Notes under the pieces: generated by a model | What the model was told of the DNA's origin: nothing | The model's database searches: none | The model's input: the letters and a program-made list of their open reading frames with translations, nothing else | Source: Acidimicrobiia bacterium | GTDB lineage: Bacteria > Actinomycetota > Acidimicrobiia > Spongiisociales > JAHEDJ01 | Reading direction: 5' to 3' | DNA length: 45,922 nucleotides | NCBI GenBank assembly: GCA_029210695.1 | Contig: JARGFH010000029.1 | Location: forward strand, 1-45,922 | Position numbers and translations under genes: made by a program | Part shown: positions 1 through 10,808 of the stretch, in pieces | Numbering within the stretch: the first letter of the stretch is position 1 | How the letters are laid out: the number at the start of each line of letters is the position of its first letter

Positions 1-77
1 GGCGTAGTAACCATCAGATTGGCAGAGCCCTCCTAATCAACCGGGAACCCCTACACCCCGCTCAATTCCGAAGCGCC
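1..77 (-). mobile_element. Terminal fragment of an insertion sequence (IS256-like end), interrupting the sulfurtransferase gene
   Basis: Positions 2-77 are the exact reverse complement of 45847-45922. Read outward the sequence begins GGCGCTTCGGAATTGAGCGG. It abuts the middle of a rhodanese CDS. The family call rests on resemblance to IS256-type GG-starting ends; no transposase is in the window. Confidence 0.65.
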
Positions 78-378
78 CGATTACCCCCAGGAGGGCGCGT
101 TGCGCGGCGGGCACATACCGGGCGCGGCCAGTGTCCCTTGGAAGCGGGCCGTCCATGAGGACGGCACCTTCAAATCGGCGATTGAGCTGCGTGCGATCTA
201 CGAAGGGGAACTCGGGATGAGTTCGGCCGATGACGTGGTCGCCTATTGCCGGATCGGCGAACGTTCGAGCCACACCTGGTTCGTGCTCAGGTACCTGCTC
301 GGGTATCCCTCTGTTCGCAACTACGACGGATCGTGGACCGAATGGGGAAACCTGGTCGGAGCGCCGATCGAGAAGTGA
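78..378 (+). pseudogene. 3' part of a thiosulfate/3-mercaptopyruvate sulfurtransferase (CysA/SseA-type rhodanese), 5' part cut off by the IS end or contig edge
   Basis: Reads [16 protein letters not shown]...YCRIGERS...[10 protein letters not shown], giving the active-site Cys loop and C-terminal rhodanese signature. The N-terminal domain is absent. Confidence 0.85.
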
Positions 379-420
379 ATCCCCGACGCGGCCCGTCGCG
401 GGTCGTATCCTGCGCCCTGC

Positions 421-1503
421 ATGACCTATCCCGAACGCACTCCAGTTCCCGGTTGGTTTCGCCGGGCCGTGTGGTACGTGCTGTTTTCTCTGGCCGTGGC
501 TGCCGGGATCTTCTGGCTGTTGTCCCGGATCACGGGTCTGATCCTCGCACTTCTGCTGGCCGTGTTCATTTCGTTCGCGCTCGAGCCGGGGGTCAAGTAC
601 CTCGCCGCCCGCGGTTGGCGAAGAGGAGTGGCAACGGCCTTCGTGTTCGTCGTCTCCGCCCTCGTGCTTGTGGCGTTCATCGCCATCATGGTCCCGGCCA
701 CCGTTGATCAGGGGAGCGCCATCGCCGCGGATCTCCCGAAGTACATCGATGCATTCACCGCTTCGCTCGACGATTGGCTCAACCTGGATATCTCGGACTC
801 GATGTTCGAAGGGGGATCCCCGGACTTCCAGCAATTGCTCTCCGATTACGGTTCAAACGTTGCCTCGGGTGTGCTCGGCTTTGGGTCGGCGCTGCTGGGT
901 GTAGTGATCAGTGGCCTGACCGTCGCCTTTTTCGCCTTCTACATGGTGGCTGAGGGTCCGAAGTTCAGGCGCGTGGTCTTGCGGGTGTTCCGCCCCGACC
1001 GCCAGCGAGAGATGCTCCGCATCTGGGAGATTGCCGTACAGAAGACCGGCGGATACGTGTACTCGCGGCTCCTGCTGGCAGCCGCCTCCGCTCTCTTCAC
1101 CTGGGTGGCCCTGCGGATAATCGACGTTCCCAACGCGCTGGCACTGGCCATCTGGGTCGGCCTGGTCTCACAACTCGTTCCTGCCGTCGGTGCATACATC
1201 GCCGCCTTCCTCCCCGTACTGGCCGGCTTCTTCCAGTCGCCTGCCCAGGCCTTCTGGGTGGTTGTCGTGCTAGTTGCATATCAGCAATTCGAGAACTACC
1301 TCCTCGCTCCGCGGATCACGGCCAGAACGATGTCACTTCACCCCGCCGTGGCCTTCGGTTCCGCGCTAACCGGAATCGGTGTGCTGGGCCCGATCGGTGC
1401 GATCATCGCCCTTCCGGCTGCCGCCATCATTCAGGCGGTGATCTCTGGCTACCTCGAGATCCACCCGGTCGTCGGTGAAGAGCAGGAAGAAGTTCCGGCC
1501 TGA
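421..1503 (+). CDS. AI-2E family (PerM-like) transporter
   Basis: 360 aa multi-TM protein with YQQFENYLLAPRI and LHP...G...GPIGAIIALP motifs. Confidence 0.9.
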   Translation: MTYPERTPVPGWFRRAVWYVLFSLAVAAGIFWLLSRITGLILALLLAVFISFALEPGVKYLAARGWRRGVATAFVFVVSALVLVAFIAIMVPATVDQGSAIAADLPKYIDAFTASLDDWLNLDISDSMFEGGSPDFQQLLSDYGSNVASGVLGFGSALLGVVISGLTVAFFAFYMVAEGPKFRRVVLRVFRPDRQREMLRIWEIAVQKTGGYVYSRLLLAAASALFTWVALRIIDVPNALALAIWVGLVSQLVPAVGAYIAAFLPVLAGFFQSPAQAFWVVVVLVAYQQFENYLLAPRITARTMSLHPAVAFGSALTGIGVLGPIGAIIALPAAAIIQAVISGYLEIHPVVGEEQEEVPA

Positions 1504-1505
1504 CC

Positions 1506-2633
1506 ATGGGACCGCTGGCCGGCGTGAGGGTCGTCGAGCTGGCCGGTATCGGTCCCGGCCCATTCACCGGAATGCTCCTGGCCGACCTGGGTGCCGACGT
1601 CGTCCAGATCGAGCGGACGGCGCAGGCTTCGACCTGGATCCCCGGCTTCATGGCCAGGGGCCGCCGCTCGATGGCGGTGGACCTCAAACACCCCGACGGA
1701 CTCGACGTGGTTTTGCGGCTGGTGGACCGGGCCGACATCCTGATCGAGGGCTTCCGGCCGGGCGTCGCAGAGCGTCTAGGGGTCGGACCCGACGAGTGCT
1801 TCCGTCGAAATCAGGCCCTAGTCTACGGACGAATGACGGGGTGGGGCCAAGATGGCCCCCTCGCCAAGACTGCCGGCCACGACATCGACTACCTGGCCAT
1901 GTCGGGAGCTCTCTGGCCCATTGGTCCCGACGACCGGCCACCACCTCCACCCCTCAACCTCATCGGTGACTTTGGCGGGGGAGCCATGTTCCTGGCCGTC
2001 GGTGTGCTGGCCGCACTTCACGAAGCGCGCACCTCAGGGGTCGGGCAGATCGTCGATGCAGCCATGGTCGATGGCTCCGCCCTCCTCACCACGATGTTTC
2101 ACGAGATGCGGGCGGCTGGTCTCTGGGACGATGTGCGCGGCGGCAACCTCCTCGATGGTGGTGCTCCGTTCTACGACACGTACCAGACCGGCGACGGTCG
2201 CTATGTGGCGGTCGGAGCGCTCGAACCGCAGTTCTATGCGGCCCTCCTCGAAGGCCTAGGGCTGGCGGAGGCAGATCTGCCGGCTCAGATGGATAGGTCC
2301 GGATGGCCGGAACTGCGAGAACGGTTCTCCTCGGCTTTCGCCACGAAGTCGAGGGACGAATGGGAAGAGGTCTTCCGGGGGACCGACGCTTGCGTCAGCC
2401 CGGTCTTGACCTGGTCGGAAGCTTCCAGTCATCCGCACAACGTTGCCAGGGCGACCTTCGTCGAGGTGGCGGGGACGATGATGCCGGCACCGGCTCCGCG
2501 CTTCTCCAGAACACCCGCCGGGGAACCGGCCGCCCAGCCGCCACCGGGCGCCAACACCGATGAAGTGCTCACTGGACTCGGGTACGCGCCGGATCGAATT
2601 GCGGGGCTGCGGGCCGGCGGCGCCGTCGCTTGA
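1506..2633 (+). CDS. CaiB/BaiF CoA-transferase family III, alpha-methylacyl-CoA racemase-like
   Basis: GPLAGVRVVELAGIGPGPF, EGFRPGVAERLG, GHDIDY and NLIGDFGGG motifs. Confidence 0.9.
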   Translation: MGPLAGVRVVELAGIGPGPFTGMLLADLGADVVQIERTAQASTWIPGFMARGRRSMAVDLKHPDGLDVVLRLVDRADILIEGFRPGVAERLGVGPDECFRRNQALVYGRMTGWGQDGPLAKTAGHDIDYLAMSGALWPIGPDDRPPPPPLNLIGDFGGGAMFLAVGVLAALHEARTSGVGQIVDAAMVDGSALLTTMFHEMRAAGLWDDVRGGNLLDGGAPFYDTYQTGDGRYVAVGALEPQFYAALLEGLGLAEADLPAQMDRSGWPELRERFSSAFATKSRDEWEEVFRGTDACVSPVLTWSEASSHPHNVARATFVEVAGTMMPAPAPRFSRTPAGEPAAQPPPGANTDEVLTGLGYAPDRIAGLRAGGAVA

Positions 2634-2712
2634 TTGGGCGCAGTTCCTCGGTCGCTACCATTCGGACATAGCGGGGTTTGCGGATCCCGGTCCCTGTCCC
2701 AGGAGGACGGTC

Positions 2713-4497
2713 ATGCAGAAGTACACGAGCCCAGGTGAGACGAAGATCGCGTCGACTGACAACGCGGTGTCGGCGTTCATCAGTCGGGCGGAGTCGCATC
2801 CGGACTCCCCGGCCCTGGCCTATCGGGACGGCGATCGATTCGTGAACGTCTCGACCAAAGAGATGCTCGAAAAGGTCGAAACGCTGGCGGCGGGATTGAT
2901 TGCCGACGGGCTAGAACGAGGTGATCGGGTAGCCATCTACTCGGCGACCCGGATGGAGTTCACCTTCGCCCAGTACGCCGTGTGGATGGCGGGTGGGGTG
3001 CCCGTCACCGTATACGAGACGTCCTCGGTCGACCAGCTGAAATGGATCGTGAGCGACAGCGGATCGAAGATGATCTTCTGCGAAAACGATGCCCTGAAAG
3101 CGAACTTCGATTCCGTGGCCGGCGACCTCCCCGGCTGCCGGTCGGTGTATGTGATCGACTCCGGTGGCCTGGACACGCTGGCGGCGGCCGGCGGTGAGGC
3201 GCGCGACCAGGTGGCCGGACGAGTCGCCGGAATCAGCCACGACGATCTCGCACTACTCATCTACACCTCGGGAACCACCGGAATGCCGAAGGGGTGCATG
3301 CTCACCCACTACAACTTCATTTGGGATCTCCGCCAGGTGGTCCAGGAACTTCATGACCTCTTTGCCGACGGCAACTCGAACCTCATGTTCTTGCCATTGG
3401 CACACAGCTTTGCCCAGGTCGTGCAGGTCGGGTGCATCACCACAGGTGTGACGATCGGTTATTCGACCGGTACTGCTCAGCTCGTCGAGGAACTTGAGAT
3501 GTTCAAGCCTCGCTGGGTGTTCTCCGTGCCGCGGGTATTCGAAAAGGTGTTCAACTCCGCAAAGGCAAAGGCAGACGCCGACGGTAAAGGAAAGATCTTC
3601 GATTTGGCCGCCAAAGTGGCGATCTCCTATGCAAGGCAGGAGCAAGAGGGGTCCGTCAGATTCACAACGCGCCTGGCGCACGGCCTGTTCGACAAACTGG
3701 TCTACGGCAAGGTGCGCCACGTGTTCGGGGGGCGTCTCGTTTACGCGGTGTCCGGGGGAGCGGCGCTCGGCGAACGTCTCGGCTACTTCTACAAGGGCAT
3801 CGGGGTGACCGTGCTGGAGGGGTATGGGCTCACCGAGACCACGGCCGCCACTTTCTTCAACCGGCCGGACGATGCTCGCATCGGGACCGTCGGGCGCCCC
3901 GCCTCCGGCGGCAGCGTTGCGATCGCCGACGACGGCGAAGTGCTGATCAAGGGTGGGTGCGTGTTCCGCGGCTACTGGAAGAACGAGCGGGCAACGGCAG
4001 AGGTGTTCGACGATGACGGCTGGTTCCATTCCGGCGATGTCGGCGAGATCGATTCCGACGGCTACCTCCGTATCACCGGCCGCAAGAAGGAGTTGATCGT
4101 CACGTCGGGCGGCAAGAACGTTGCGCCGGCGGTGCTGGAGGACCGGATGCGGGCACACCCGTTGATCAGCCAGTGCATGGTGGTCGGCGATGGGCAGCCG
4201 TTCATTTCTGCACTGGTCACGATCGATCCCGATGTCTATCCGGTCTGGGCCACCGAGCACGACAAGTCCGCCAATGTCATGGAGGTACTCGACGATGAGG
4301 ATCTGCGGGGGGAGATTCAGAACGCTATCGACGACGCCAACAAGGCGGTCTCGAAGGCGGAGTCGGTGCGTACCTTCCGTATTCTCCCCGACGACTTCAC
4401 GATTGAAGGTGGCGAACTGACGCCGACACTCAAGGTGAAGCGTGGCGTTGTCAACGAGAAGTACGCCGACGTCATTGAGGGCATGTACGTCAAATAG
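2713..4497 (+). CDS. Long-chain fatty-acid--CoA ligase (AMP-dependent synthetase)
   Basis: IYTSGTTGMPKG, EGYGLTET and ELTPTLKVKR motifs. AGGAGG RBS precedes ATG 2713, so the start is moved from the ORF track's 2560. Confidence 0.92.
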   Translation: MQKYTSPGETKIASTDNAVSAFISRAESHPDSPALAYRDGDRFVNVSTKEMLEKVETLAAGLIADGLERGDRVAIYSATRMEFTFAQYAVWMAGGVPVTVYETSSVDQLKWIVSDSGSKMIFCENDALKANFDSVAGDLPGCRSVYVIDSGGLDTLAAAGGEARDQVAGRVAGISHDDLALLIYTSGTTGMPKGCMLTHYNFIWDLRQVVQELHDLFADGNSNLMFLPLAHSFAQVVQVGCITTGVTIGYSTGTAQLVEELEMFKPRWVFSVPRVFEKVFNSAKAKADADGKGKIFDLAAKVAISYARQEQEGSVRFTTRLAHGLFDKLVYGKVRHVFGGRLVYAVSGGAALGERLGYFYKGIGVTVLEGYGLTETTAATFFNRPDDARIGTVGRPASGGSVAIADDGEVLIKGGCVFRGYWKNERATAEVFDDDGWFHSGDVGEIDSDGYLRITGRKKELIVTSGGKNVAPAVLEDRMRAHPLISQCMVVGDGQPFISALVTIDPDVYPVWATEHDKSANVMEVLDDEDLRGEIQNAIDDANKAVSKAESVRTFRILPDDFTIEGGELTPTLKVKRGVVNEKYADVIEGMYVK

Positions 4498-4502
4498 CAG
4501 GC

Positions 4503-5843
4503 ATGCCCGGTAGCCAGCGCCCTCTGTGGCGGTCGGCGCGGTTGGTCTCGTTTGTCGCGGCGTCGTTGGTGCTGGCCGGATGCACCGCAGCCCAGAGTCC
4601 GGCCTCCAGCGCTGGTCCCACGCCGATTCCCGATGCCCGGACCACTACTACGCGCCCGGTGGCGGCGACCACCACCTCGGTGGCGCCTCTTCCATCTACC
4701 ACGACCAGTCGGGACGCACGGGCATCTTTCGTCGAGGAGGCCATCGCCTCGATGAGCCTGGAGGAAAGGGCCGCCCAGTTGATGCTGGTGGAGTTCTCGG
4801 GAAGCGACGCCACTGCCGCGCTTGGACTCCTCAACGACTTCCCGCTGGGCGGGGTTCTCCTGAAGTCGGCCAACGGGAATTTCGTGTCCTCGGGCCAGGT
4901 GCAGAACCTGACGGCTCGCCTCCAGGAGGCCAGTGCCGTTCCCCTCCTCATTGCAGTCGACCAAGAGGGTGGGCGGATCGATCGGATCCAGTTCGCCGAC
5001 GTTCAGCGGTTTCCGTCTGCCGCGGTGTTCGGCGCGCTCAACGATCGTGAACTCACCGAAGCTGCCGCCTGGGCGACCGGTGTTCAACTGGCTGCGCTCG
5101 GTATCAACGTCGACTTCGCCCCGGTGGCCGACGTGAACGTGCTCGGCGCAGGCAACCCGGCCATCGGGGACCGTTCCTACGGAAGCGATCCAGAGCTCGT
5201 GGCGGCCATGACCGTGGCCGCACTGCGGGGGTTCGAATCGGCAGGAGTGGCGGCCGCGGTGAAGCATTTCCCCGGCCACGGCAATACGGCGGTGGATAGC
5301 CACCTCGGCCTACCGGTGGTGATGACGGAGCGCGACGAGTGGGCGGCGACCGACCTGGTTCCCTTCGCCGCCGCGGTCGAGGCCGGTGCCCCGCTGGTGA
5401 TGGTGGCCCACGTCGCCTATCCGGCTCTCGATCCGTCGGGACTCCCGGCTTCCATGTCGAGGGCAATCACCTACGACCAACTGCGGGTGGGCCTCGGGTT
5501 CGTCGGTGTCATTGTCACCGACGACCTGGCCAACATGCAGGCGGTGGCGGCCTGGGGACCGGGGGAGCGGGCTGTGCAGGCGCTGATGGCCGGATCCGAC
5601 CTCCTCTTGAATCCCGGCGACGTGGAAGCGGCGGTATCGGCCATTCTGGCCTCGGTTGCCGATGGAGCGATTCCCGAGCAGACCATCGATGATGCCCTCT
5701 CCCGCATACTTGGCCTCAAGTTCGATCTCGGACTCGCCGACCGGCCGGATCCACCAGCGGTCGACGCGGCGATGCTCGACGCCATTGGAATGGTCGCCAA
5801 CCGCGTGGCGGACGCCTGCCGGCGCGCCGGTCTCGACTGCTGA
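4503..5843 (+). CDS. Glycoside hydrolase family 3 beta-N-acetylhexosaminidase-like lipoprotein
   Basis: Lipobox LVLAGC, Thr-rich linker, AVDQEGG, KHFPGHG..VDSH and IVTDDL motifs. Confidence 0.88.
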   Translation: MPGSQRPLWRSARLVSFVAASLVLAGCTAAQSPASSAGPTPIPDARTTTTRPVAATTTSVAPLPSTTTSRDARASFVEEAIASMSLEERAAQLMLVEFSGSDATAALGLLNDFPLGGVLLKSANGNFVSSGQVQNLTARLQEASAVPLLIAVDQEGGRIDRIQFADVQRFPSAAVFGALNDRELTEAAAWATGVQLAALGINVDFAPVADVNVLGAGNPAIGDRSYGSDPELVAAMTVAALRGFESAGVAAAVKHFPGHGNTAVDSHLGLPVVMTERDEWAATDLVPFAAAVEAGAPLVMVAHVAYPALDPSGLPASMSRAITYDQLRVGLGFVGVIVTDDLANMQAVAAWGPGERAVQALMAGSDLLLNPGDVEAAVSAILASVADGAIPEQTIDDALSRILGLKFDLGLADRPDPPAVDAAMLDAIGMVANRVADACRRAGLDC

Positions 5844-5958
5844 GGATGCGGTTGCATCCGGTACTGTGGAGTCGATTCTATCGGGGAGTCATCAGGTTTC
5901 GTTTTGGGGGAACTCTCATGAAGGCAACCGTGGGACCTGGTCCCGGAGAGGAACAACC

Positions 5959-6867
5959 GTGAGCGACATCACGTTCGACAACCGGGTGGCGATCGTCACC
6001 GGTGCCGGGGGCGGGCTCGGCAAGACCTATGCACTCGAACTGGCCCGGCGTGGGGCCAGGGTCGTCGTCAACGATCTAGGTGGCGGCGTCGATGGATCCG
6101 GTGGCGCGTCGGCCGCCGCCGACGCAACAGTGGCCGAAATCATCGCGGCCGGCGGTGAGGCGGTTGCGAACTACGACTCGGTGGCAACGCCGGAGGGTGG
6201 TGCGGCCATCGTGCAATCTGCGCTCGAGGCGTTCGACACCGTCGACATTCTCATCAACAACGCCGGAATCTTGCGGGACACGAGCTTCGCCAAACTCACT
6301 CCAGAGCATCTCAACCCGGTCATCGATGTTCATTTGAAGGGTGCGTTCTACGTGACGCAACCTGCTTTCGTGGTCATGAAGGACAAGGGGTACGGGCGGC
6401 TGGTGTTCACCTCATCTCCCTCCGGCATCTTCGGCAATTTTGGACAAACCAACTACGGCGCCGCCAAGGGTGGCCTGGTCGGGTTGTCCAACGTGCTCGC
6501 CATCGAGGGCGCAAAGTACAACATCAAATCCAACGTCATCGCCCCGGTCGCCAGGACCCGGATGACCGAAGATCTCCTCGGCCCGTTCGCCGACCTGGTC
6601 GCTCCAGAGCAGGTCATGCCGATCGTGGTCTACCTCGCCTCGGAGCAGTGTGAGCTGACCCATGAGGTCTTCTCAGTCGGCGGCGGCCGTTTTGCCAGGA
6701 TCTTCACCGGCGTCAACGCCGGTTGGTTTGCCGGGCAGGGTGTAGTTCCGTCCATCGAAGACATCCGTGATCACCTCGACGAGATTCGCGACATCAGCGA
6801 ATACACCATCCCGCTCAACAACCAGGAGGAGATGGGGTATCTGGCCGAGGCCTTTCAGCCGAAGTAG
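5959..6867 (+). CDS. SDR oxidoreductase (MFE-2-like hydroxyacyl-CoA dehydrogenase)
   Basis: TGAGGGLG, NNAGILRD and NYGAAK motifs. GTG start after a GGAGAGGA RBS. Confidence 0.9.
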   Translation: MSDITFDNRVAIVTGAGGGLGKTYALELARRGARVVVNDLGGGVDGSGGASAAADATVAEIIAAGGEAVANYDSVATPEGGAAIVQSALEAFDTVDILINNAGILRDTSFAKLTPEHLNPVIDVHLKGAFYVTQPAFVVMKDKGYGRLVFTSSPSGIFGNFGQTNYGAAKGGLVGLSNVLAIEGAKYNIKSNVIAPVARTRMTEDLLGPFADLVAPEQVMPIVVYLASEQCELTHEVFSVGGGRFARIFTGVNAGWFAGQGVVPSIEDIRDHLDEIRDISEYTIPLNNQEEMGYLAEAFQPK

Positions 6868-6932
6868 GCACGAGGCCATAGGCCATAGGGCAGTAGGCAG
6901 TAGACGGTAGGCAGCGGGACGTCCCTCCCGCT
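6866..6932. repeat. Degenerate heptamer tandem repeat followed by a GC hairpin, between convergent genes
   Basis: Units AGGCACG AGGCCAT AGGCCAT AGGGCAGT AGGCAGT AGACGGT AGGCAGC, then the AGCGGGA/TCCCGCT stem at 6913-6932. Confidence 0.6.
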
Positions 6933-6953
6933 TGTGCGCCTACGGCGTTCGCC

Positions 6954-8993
6954 CTAACGCAGGTGGTGCAGGAAAAACGCGTAGATATCGGCGGCTTCTT
7001 CGATCACCTTGGCGGTCGGTTTCCCGAGTCCGTGTCCTGCGCGGGTCTCGACCCGTAGCAGCAAGGGCGAGGACGGATCCGCCTGCGCCTGCATGGTGGC
7101 AGTGAACTTGTAGGCATGCATTGGCACCACCCGATCGTCGGTGTCGGCGGTCGTAATCAGGGTGGGCGGATAGGTGACGCCTGCTTCGACATTGTGAAGA
7201 GGTGAGTACTCGATCAGGAACTCGAAGTGCTCTCTGCTCTCCTCAGCGTTGCCGTACTCCGGTATCCAGTAGCGACCGGCCGTGAAGCGGTGGTAGCGCA
7301 ACATGTCGGTAACGGGGACGACCGGCACAACGGCCCCGAACAGCTCCGGCCTCTGCAGTTCGACGGCCGAGACGAGCAGACCTCCGTTGGAACCGCCGAG
7401 AATGCCGAGATGATCGGCGGAGGTGATACCTTCCTCGATCAGGTACTCGGCACAGGCAATGAAGTCGTCGAATACGTTCTGCTTGTTGACGAGCATCCCG
7501 GCCTGGTGCCAGGCCTGTCCATATTCGGAGCCTCCCCGCAGATTGGCGACGGCGAAGAGGCCGCCTGCTTCGAGGAAGGCGAGGCGGGCGGGCTGGTACG
7601 TCGGCGTGAGGCTGATGTCGAAGCCCCCGTAGCCGTACAGAATGGTGGGGGTTGCGCCGTCCGGTTCGAGATCGGCCAGGCCGATCAGGAACATCGGCAC
7701 CCTGGTCCCGTCGGGGGAAGTGGCGAAGCCCTGGCGGGTGCGGAAGCGGTCGTCGTCGCGGCCGGATGCGGTCCACATCGTCCCCAGCGTTCCGGTTTCG
7801 AAGTCGTAGCGCAGCACGGTCGGCGGCTGGGTGAACGACTGATAGCCGATGAACAGGTCCCGGTCGCCGGGGCGGCCGGTGAGCTCGACGACGCTGCCGA
7901 GGCCGGGCAGCGGAGGTTCATCCACGAAGGCGCCCGAGGCGTCGTGAATCCGGATCAGGTGATGAGCGTGGTGCATCCACATCGTGATGAGCCGGCCGCC
8001 CGTCAGCGCTCCGTGTACCAGGGCATCTTCACCCTGGGGGACGATCTCGACCCAGTCGTCTCGGTCTGGATGGTTGAGATCGATCGCAACTATTCTGCCG
8101 AGCGGAGCGTCGAGGTCGGTGAGGATCAGGAACCGGCCATCGAGGTGCTCGATGAACTCGTACCGGGCGTCGAACTCGTCGAGGAGGAGCACGAAGTCGC
8201 CGTCACCGTCGAGCGGACGGTAGTAGAGACGATTGCGGCTGTCGGTGCCCTCCCAAACATGGAGTACGAGATAGCGACCGTCGTCCGACACGAACGGCAT
8301 GAACCCGAGGTCGGGGGCGTCGGGGCGTGCATATACCAGCTCGTCCTGATCCTGGGCGGTTCCGATCAGGTGGGAGTACACGCGCTGATGCGTACTCGGT
8401 GGAGCGTCCGGTATCTCGTCCTCGGTCGGGAAGCGAGAGTAGAAGAAGCCGCGGCCATCGGGCAGCCAGGCAATCGAGGTGAACTTCACGTTGCGCAGGC
8501 GGTCGGGGAGTTCGGTGCCGGTCTCGACATCGAGGATGCTGATGGTTTGCCAGTCGCTGCCCGACTCGGCGATGCTGATAGCGAGCAGCGACCCGTCGTC
8601 ACTCGCAGATGAATCAACGAGGGCGGTGGTGCCGTCCTCGGTGAGCGTGTTGGGGTCGAGGAGGACTACGGGTTCTCCTTTCAACCCGTCCTGCCGGTAG
8701 AGGACCGGCTGGTTCTGCAGGCCGTCGTTCTTGGTGAAGAACAAGCGCCGACCGCGCCGCACCGGCGCAGTCCAGCGCGGGAAGTCCCACAGCTCTTCCA
8801 TGCGGCTCCGGAGGGCGGAACGGGCAGGCAGCCCTCGGAGGTGGGCGAAGGTGACTTCGTTCTGAGCGTCGACCCACGCCTGCGTTTCGGGGGAGTCGGG
8901 GTCTTCGAGCCAGCGGTAGGGGTCGGCAACCTGATTGCCCCAGAAGTCGTCCGTATCGTCGCCTCGTCTGGTGGTGGGGTAGGAGTAGGTCAT
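6954..8993 (-). CDS. Prolyl oligopeptidase (S9A)
   Basis: [16 protein letters not shown], nucleophile motif GGSNGG, DDRVVP and GHG. Start set at MTYSYP. Confidence 0.93.
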   Translation of the reverse strand: MTYSYPTTRRGDDTDDFWGNQVADPYRWLEDPDSPETQAWVDAQNEVTFAHLRGLPARSALRSRMEELWDFPRWTAPVRRGRRLFFTKNDGLQNQPVLYRQDGLKGEPVVLLDPNTLTEDGTTALVDSSASDDGSLLAISIAESGSDWQTISILDVETGTELPDRLRNVKFTSIAWLPDGRGFFYSRFPTEDEIPDAPPSTHQRVYSHLIGTAQDQDELVYARPDAPDLGFMPFVSDDGRYLVLHVWEGTDSRNRLYYRPLDGDGDFVLLLDEFDARYEFIEHLDGRFLILTDLDAPLGRIVAIDLNHPDRDDWVEIVPQGEDALVHGALTGGRLITMWMHHAHHLIRIHDASGAFVDEPPLPGLGSVVELTGRPGDRDLFIGYQSFTQPPTVLRYDFETGTLGTMWTASGRDDDRFRTRQGFATSPDGTRVPMFLIGLADLEPDGATPTILYGYGGFDISLTPTYQPARLAFLEAGGLFAVANLRGGSEYGQAWHQAGMLVNKQNVFDDFIACAEYLIEEGITSADHLGILGGSNGGLLVSAVELQRPELFGAVVPVVPVTDMLRYHRFTAGRYWIPEYGNAEESREHFEFLIEYSPLHNVEAGVTYPPTLITTADTDDRVVPMHAYKFTATMQAQADPSSPLLLRVETRAGHGLGKPTAKVIEEAADIYAFFLHHLR

Positions 8994-9026
8994 GGGCGGC
9001 GAGTCTACGGGGCTACGATCGCTTGC
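8994..9026. promoter_or_regulatory. Back-to-back leaderless promoters in a 33-bp divergent spacer
   Basis: TACGAT (9014-9019, +) lies 7 nt before ATG 9027. TAGACT (9002-9007, -) lies 8 nt before ATG 8993. Neither start has an SD sequence. Confidence 0.55.
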
Positions 9027-10004
9027 ATGACTGATCAGCCGGGAATCGTGGTGACCCGCCGCCCGCCGGGACGGGCGCGGGAAATGCTCGAGGAATCGTG
9101 CCGCGTAGTCCTCTGGGATGAGGATCGGGTCATGCCCCGGGACGAGCTGCTCACTGCGATCGCCCGGGCCGATGGCCTGTACTCGATGCTCACCGATGTG
9201 GTCGACGCGGAGTTGTTTGCAGCAGCGCCGGCGCTGCGGGCGGTCAGCCAGATGGCCGTCGGCCTCGACAATGTGGACCTGGCCGCCGCGACCATCCGGG
9301 GCATTCCGGTGGGTCACACGCCGGAGGTTCTCAACGAGACGACGGCCGACACGGTGTTCGCACTCCTGCTCGCCCTGGTCCGGCGGGTGGTCGAGGGGGC
9401 CGCCTACGTCAAGGAGGGACGCTGGGGGCCATGGCAGCCGGATCTATTGCTCGGAGGTGATCTGCACCACACGACCCTCGGGATCATCGGTATGGGCCGA
9501 ATCGGATCGGCCGTTGCCCGGCGGGCCGGCGGGTTCGAGATGCGGATCCTCTATCACAATCGACGGCCGGACGAACAGGCCGCGGATCTGAACGCCTACT
9601 ATCGGTCGTTCGAGGATCTGCTGGCCGAGTCCGACCATGTGGTCGTCATGGCGCCGCTGACCGACGAGACGTACCACCTGATCGATCGTCGTGCATTGGG
9701 GTTGATGAAACCGACGGCCACGCTGGTGAACGGCAGCCGGGGAGGCCTGGTCGACCCCGGGGCCCTCGAGGAGGCGCTCCGGGAGGGCTGGATCGCCGGG
9801 GCGGCCCTCGATGTGACCGAACCGGAGCCCATCCCGGCCGATCATCCGCTGCTGGCCCTCCAGAACTGCTTGATCATTCCGCACCTCGGTTCGGCGAGTG
9901 TGGCAACCCGCGCCGCCATGGCCGAGCTGGCCGCCGAGAACCTGATCGCCGCCCTGACGGGCCGCCGGATGCCGGTCTGCGCCAACCCGGAGGTGTACGA
10001 GTAG
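9027..10004 (+). CDS. D-isomer-specific 2-hydroxyacid dehydrogenase (glyoxylate reductase/D-glycerate dehydrogenase)
   Basis: AVGLDNVD, GIIGMGRIG, NGSRG, LDVTEPEP and PHLGSAS motifs. Confidence 0.92.
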   Translation: MTDQPGIVVTRRPPGRAREMLEESCRVVLWDEDRVMPRDELLTAIARADGLYSMLTDVVDAELFAAAPALRAVSQMAVGLDNVDLAAATIRGIPVGHTPEVLNETTADTVFALLLALVRRVVEGAAYVKEGRWGPWQPDLLLGGDLHHTTLGIIGMGRIGSAVARRAGGFEMRILYHNRRPDEQAADLNAYYRSFEDLLAESDHVVVMAPLTDETYHLIDRRALGLMKPTATLVNGSRGGLVDPGALEEALREGWIAGAALDVTEPEPIPADHPLLALQNCLIIPHLGSASVATRAAMAELAAENLIAALTGRRMPVCANPEVYE

Positions 10005-10026
10005 ACGGATGGGGCACGGCATGCCG

Positions 10027-10674
10027 CTACACCGAGGCGTCACCCGTCAGGATTGCAAGCAAGGTTCCCTCCCGCACGCTCACCGTCGCCACCGGTTGTT
10101 CGAAGATGTTGCTCACGCCGCGGGTGGCACCCGGCAGCAGATCTTCGTCCTTGAGCTCCCAGCGGAGCCCCTCGGTCCGGATCCCACGTACCGGGCCGTG
10201 TACGGCCAGGAGCGAGATGTGGCAACCGGGAGCGCTATGAATCCGGGTCGTGCCGTGCACGACGTGGAGGCGGGCATCGCCGGTGAGCCACTCGACGTCG
10301 ACATCTGAGAAATCGGCCGACGACACGAGCAGCGCATTGGCGAGAAAGTGGTCGAGCCTTCCTCCGGAGCCTCCCACGATGATGATGCGGTCGACGCCCA
10401 TACGCATTGCGGCCCGCAGGGCGAGTTCGAGGTCCGTGTGGTCCTTCTCGGTCGGGTGCCGTTCGACGGGAGTCTCGCGGTAGGCGGACAGCGCATCCGC
10501 CGACACCGAGTCCATGTCGCCGACGAGGAGATCGACTTCGAGGCCGAGTCCCAGGGCCCGATCGAGTCCGGAATCGGCGGCCACGATGAACGCGTCGTCG
10601 GGGAGGTCCTCGATGACGTCCGGATTGACGATGTCGCCGCCGGCCAGGACGATTGCCGTTGTTGGTTCATCCAT
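10027..10674 (-). CDS. thiN: Thiamine pyrophosphokinase
   Basis: AADSG, VGDMDS, EKDHTDLELAL, GGRLDHFLAN and GVSN motifs. Confidence 0.9.
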   Translation of the reverse strand: MDEPTTAIVLAGGDIVNPDVIEDLPDDAFIVAADSGLDRALGLGLEVDLLVGDMDSVSADALSAYRETPVERHPTEKDHTDLELALRAAMRMGVDRIIIVGGSGGRLDHFLANALLVSSADFSDVDVEWLTGDARLHVVHGTTRIHSAPGCHISLLAVHGPVRGIRTEGLRWELKDEDLLPGATRGVSNIFEQPVATVSVREGTLLAILTGDASV

Positions 10675-10808
10675 CGTGCGCTCAGCCTACGCCTCGTTCA
10701 GAGGCGGCGCCGTTCCGGGGTGTGCTGCCAATCTCCAATCGAGCAAGGCCCTGCCTGCCCATTTCGGGGTTCTTGACCACTCTCGGCGGTATTTGCGAAT
10801 GACAAAAC

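Noticed and set aside
5838..5927. GH3 gene ends Cys-TGA followed by a hairpin (GGATGC-GGTT-GCATCC) and a Cys-rich readthrough (C-U-GCGCIRYC), a possible third selenoprotein
   Set aside because: The hairpin starts immediately after UGA rather than 11-12 nt downstream as in the two credible cases. The GH3 domain is already complete, and no Sec is expected in an exported glycosidase.
10675..10808. Possible TPP riboswitch upstream of thiamine pyrophosphokinase
   Set aside because: The TPP aptamer core (CUGAGA...ACCUGA...GCGNAGG) is not present on the coding strand, only a small hairpin.
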